From the NCBI RefSeq assembly GCF_000195755.1, contig NC_002937.3, forward strand, positions 2,250,001 to 2,282,000: a stretch of DNA of 32,000 nucleotides. Reading direction: 5' to 3'. This document shows positions 30,885 through 32,000 of the stretch, in pieces. The notes under the pieces are model-generated. The model searched no databases and was not told where the DNA came from. It was given only the letters and a program-made list of their open reading frames with translations. A program made the position numbers and the translations under genes. Each line of letters starts with the position of its first letter. The first letter of the stretch is position 1. Origin of the DNA: Nitratidesulfovibrio vulgaris str. Hildenborough. Its GTDB lineage: Bacteria; Desulfobacterota; Desulfovibrionia; Desulfovibrionales; Desulfovibrionaceae.

Positions 30885-31616
30885 ATGAAAAAAAAGAGCA
30901 AATACGACATAATAACAAGACTAAAAAGCTTCGTGACAGAACTAAATAAAAATCGACACTCTGATAAAATGAAAAAGTTTATAAGAATCTTAGCCTGCAC
31001 TACTGCAGTTTCATCAATAGCCTTATTCATACTTACTTCCAATAAAGACATAAAAATAGCACTCTTATCTTCTTTGATAGGTGCAGGCGGATCTATAGGA
31101 GCAAGCATCGCCATAATAACACAAGAATCAAAAAAAGAAAGAATAGAAACATCACGAACAACAATTATAACCATTGTATTTCTTCAGCATCTATTCAAAG
31201 ACATTGAGCAAGCAAAAAATTCAGTGTTAGGTTTTAAAGCATTGCTAAAAGAACCAGGCTTAAATTTTGAAATATTAAATGAATCAATGAAAAGGATAGA
31301 TTGTGCGTTTAAATACCACGACATGTCAACGCTAACAAATATAGATTACAAAGCAATAGCAATCTATACAAAACTCATTTCAACATCTTATAGCATAAAA
31401 GACGCATACTGTATTGCCAACCCTCTCGATATCAACGGCAAACCTGCACCGAACACACAGATAAACCTAGAACAGATAATTGCGCCACATCTTATAACAC
31501 AATGTCACAAGTGGGAAGAATCCCTTACAAAAATCAAACAGATGACGAAAGAGGCGCTCGACGACTTCACATCAAAAGCGACCAAGCTACACGACAAAAT
31601 CACGACAGAAGCTTAA
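30885..31616 (+). CDS. Two-TM membrane protein of unknown function (243 aa)
   Basis: AT-rich ORF with GAAGGAA upstream of the ATG. The N-terminus is Lys-rich. Two hydrophobic helices (FIRILACTTAVSSIALFILT and IALLSSLIGAGGSIGASIAIIT) are followed by ~150 aa of soluble sequence with no recognised motif. Confidence 0.75.
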   Translation: MKKKSKYDIITRLKSFVTELNKNRHSDKMKKFIRILACTTAVSSIALFILTSNKDIKIALLSSLIGAGGSIGASIAIITQESKKERIETSRTTIITIVFLQHLFKDIEQAKNSVLGFKALLKEPGLNFEILNESMKRIDCAFKYHDMSTLTNIDYKAIAIYTKLISTSYSIKDAYCIANPLDINGKPAPNTQINLEQIIAPHLITQCHKWEESLTKIKQMTKEALDDFTSKATKLHDKITTEA

Positions 31617-31628
31617 CAAAACAACATC

Positions 31629-31648
31629 AAGGGGCCTTCCGGCCCCTT
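31629..31648. terminator. Bidirectional hairpin between convergent genes
   Basis: AAGGGGCC-TTCC-GGCCCCTT, followed by TCTC on the plus strand and by GATGTTGTTTTGTT on the minus strand. Confidence 0.6.
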
Positions 31649-31650
31649 TC

Positions 31651-31869
31651 TCATAGGCACACCTCACTAGCCACCCGACACCGCAGGTACTCCCGTAGCG
31701 TGTCCACCCGCACCCGCAGCCCGGCCCGCACGCCAACCCGGGTGGCTGGCAGCTCGCCCATGTTCACCAGATTATAGAAGGTGCTCTTGCTCACCCCTAG
31801 CACGGCGCAGCACTGCTCCCAGTTGAGCAGACGGCTACCGGGCAGCTTGTCGATGTCCAGCGCATCCAT
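31651..31869 (-). CDS. Excisionase / AlpA-type HTH DNA-binding protein
   Basis: 72 aa with RBS GAGGAG upstream. LNWEQCCAVLGVSKSTFYNLVNMGELPATRVG fits the excisionase-family (MerR-like) HTH pattern. Confidence 0.7.
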   Translation of the reverse strand: MDALDIDKLPGSRLLNWEQCCAVLGVSKSTFYNLVNMGELPATRVGVRAGLRVRVDTLREYLRCRVASEVCL

Positions 31870-31872
31870 AGG

Positions 31873-32000
31873 CTATCTCCTCACATGGCCCCACCAGCCG
31901 GGGCGCTTCGTGTTGTCGTTACCCTGCGAATAGGGGCGCGGTTGAGGCTCCTCTTCGGGCTTGGGGATGAAGCGAATCTGCAACATGTCCGCAAGGGCCA
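31873..32000 (-). CDS. 3' end of an upstream ORF (partial, unknown function)
   Basis: The open frame reads ...ALADMLQIRFIPKPEEEPQPRPYSQGNDNTKRPGWWGHVRR and stops at a TAG 4 nt before the excisionase ATG. It runs off the window edge. Confidence 0.4.
   Translation of the reverse strand, partial: ALADMLQIRFIPKPEEEPQPRPYSQGNDNTKRPGWWGHVRR

Noticed and set aside
30588-31174. ORF 30588-30779 (plus) and ORF 30845-31174 (minus)
   Set aside because: The first lies in the AT-rich leader with no RBS and a low-complexity translation. The second is antisense to the two-TM gene, and its hydrophobicity simply mirrors the sense-strand TM segments.

Overview
The window holds a chromosomal tRNA operon, then the late region of a lambda-like (siphovirus-type) prophage on the minus strand. 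The upstream end of that prophage runs into an ~11.6-kb mosaic accessory block that is mostly AT-rich.
(1) 342-775: candidate promoter, tRNA-Gly(GCC), tRNA-Cys(GCA), a second identical tRNA-Gly(GCC), tRNA-Gly(CCC) and an intrinsic terminator.
(2) 828-19998, all minus strand and high-GC (my hand counts on sample lines give roughly 60-70% G+C). Genes are tightly packed with many ATGA/GTGA stop-start overlaps. In order: two distal tail proteins, an I-J-like host-specificity protein, an NlpC/P60 K-like protein, L-like and M-like minor tail proteins, and the tape measure. Next come a G/G-T chaperone pair with a canonical A_AAA_AAC -1 slippery site, the major tail protein and head-tail joining proteins. 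An embedded lysis cassette follows (holin, SLT endolysin, lipoprotein, plus two short ORFs absent from the ORF track). The block ends with an E-like capsid, D-like decoration protein, S49 protease, portal and gpW. No terminase gene sits where the lambda gene order predicts one.
(3) 20.0-31.65 kb, sample lines down to about 27-40% G+C:
- a 1595-aa Type ISP-like nuclease-helicase-methyltransferase followed by an unrecognisable Cys-rich 225-aa ORF and two tandem terminators;
- a truncated 3' fragment of a rha-family gene;
- a 457-aa protein with an N-terminal HNH motif and a large unknown C-terminal part;
- an IS2-group (IS3-family) insertion sequence with a perfect 5-bp target duplication;
- an intact rha-family gene;
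- a 243-aa two-TM protein;
- an excisionase-type HTH gene and a partial ORF.
A ~200-bp direct repeat (25866-26068 / 30357-30558) marks a recurrent cargo junction downstream of rha.
The best candidates for undescribed biology are the ISP + Cys-rich partner operon, the stand-alone HNH-fusion protein, the two-TM protein, and the rha-terminator cargo hotspot. All functional calls rest on motif and gene-order recognition by eye. No database search was possible.
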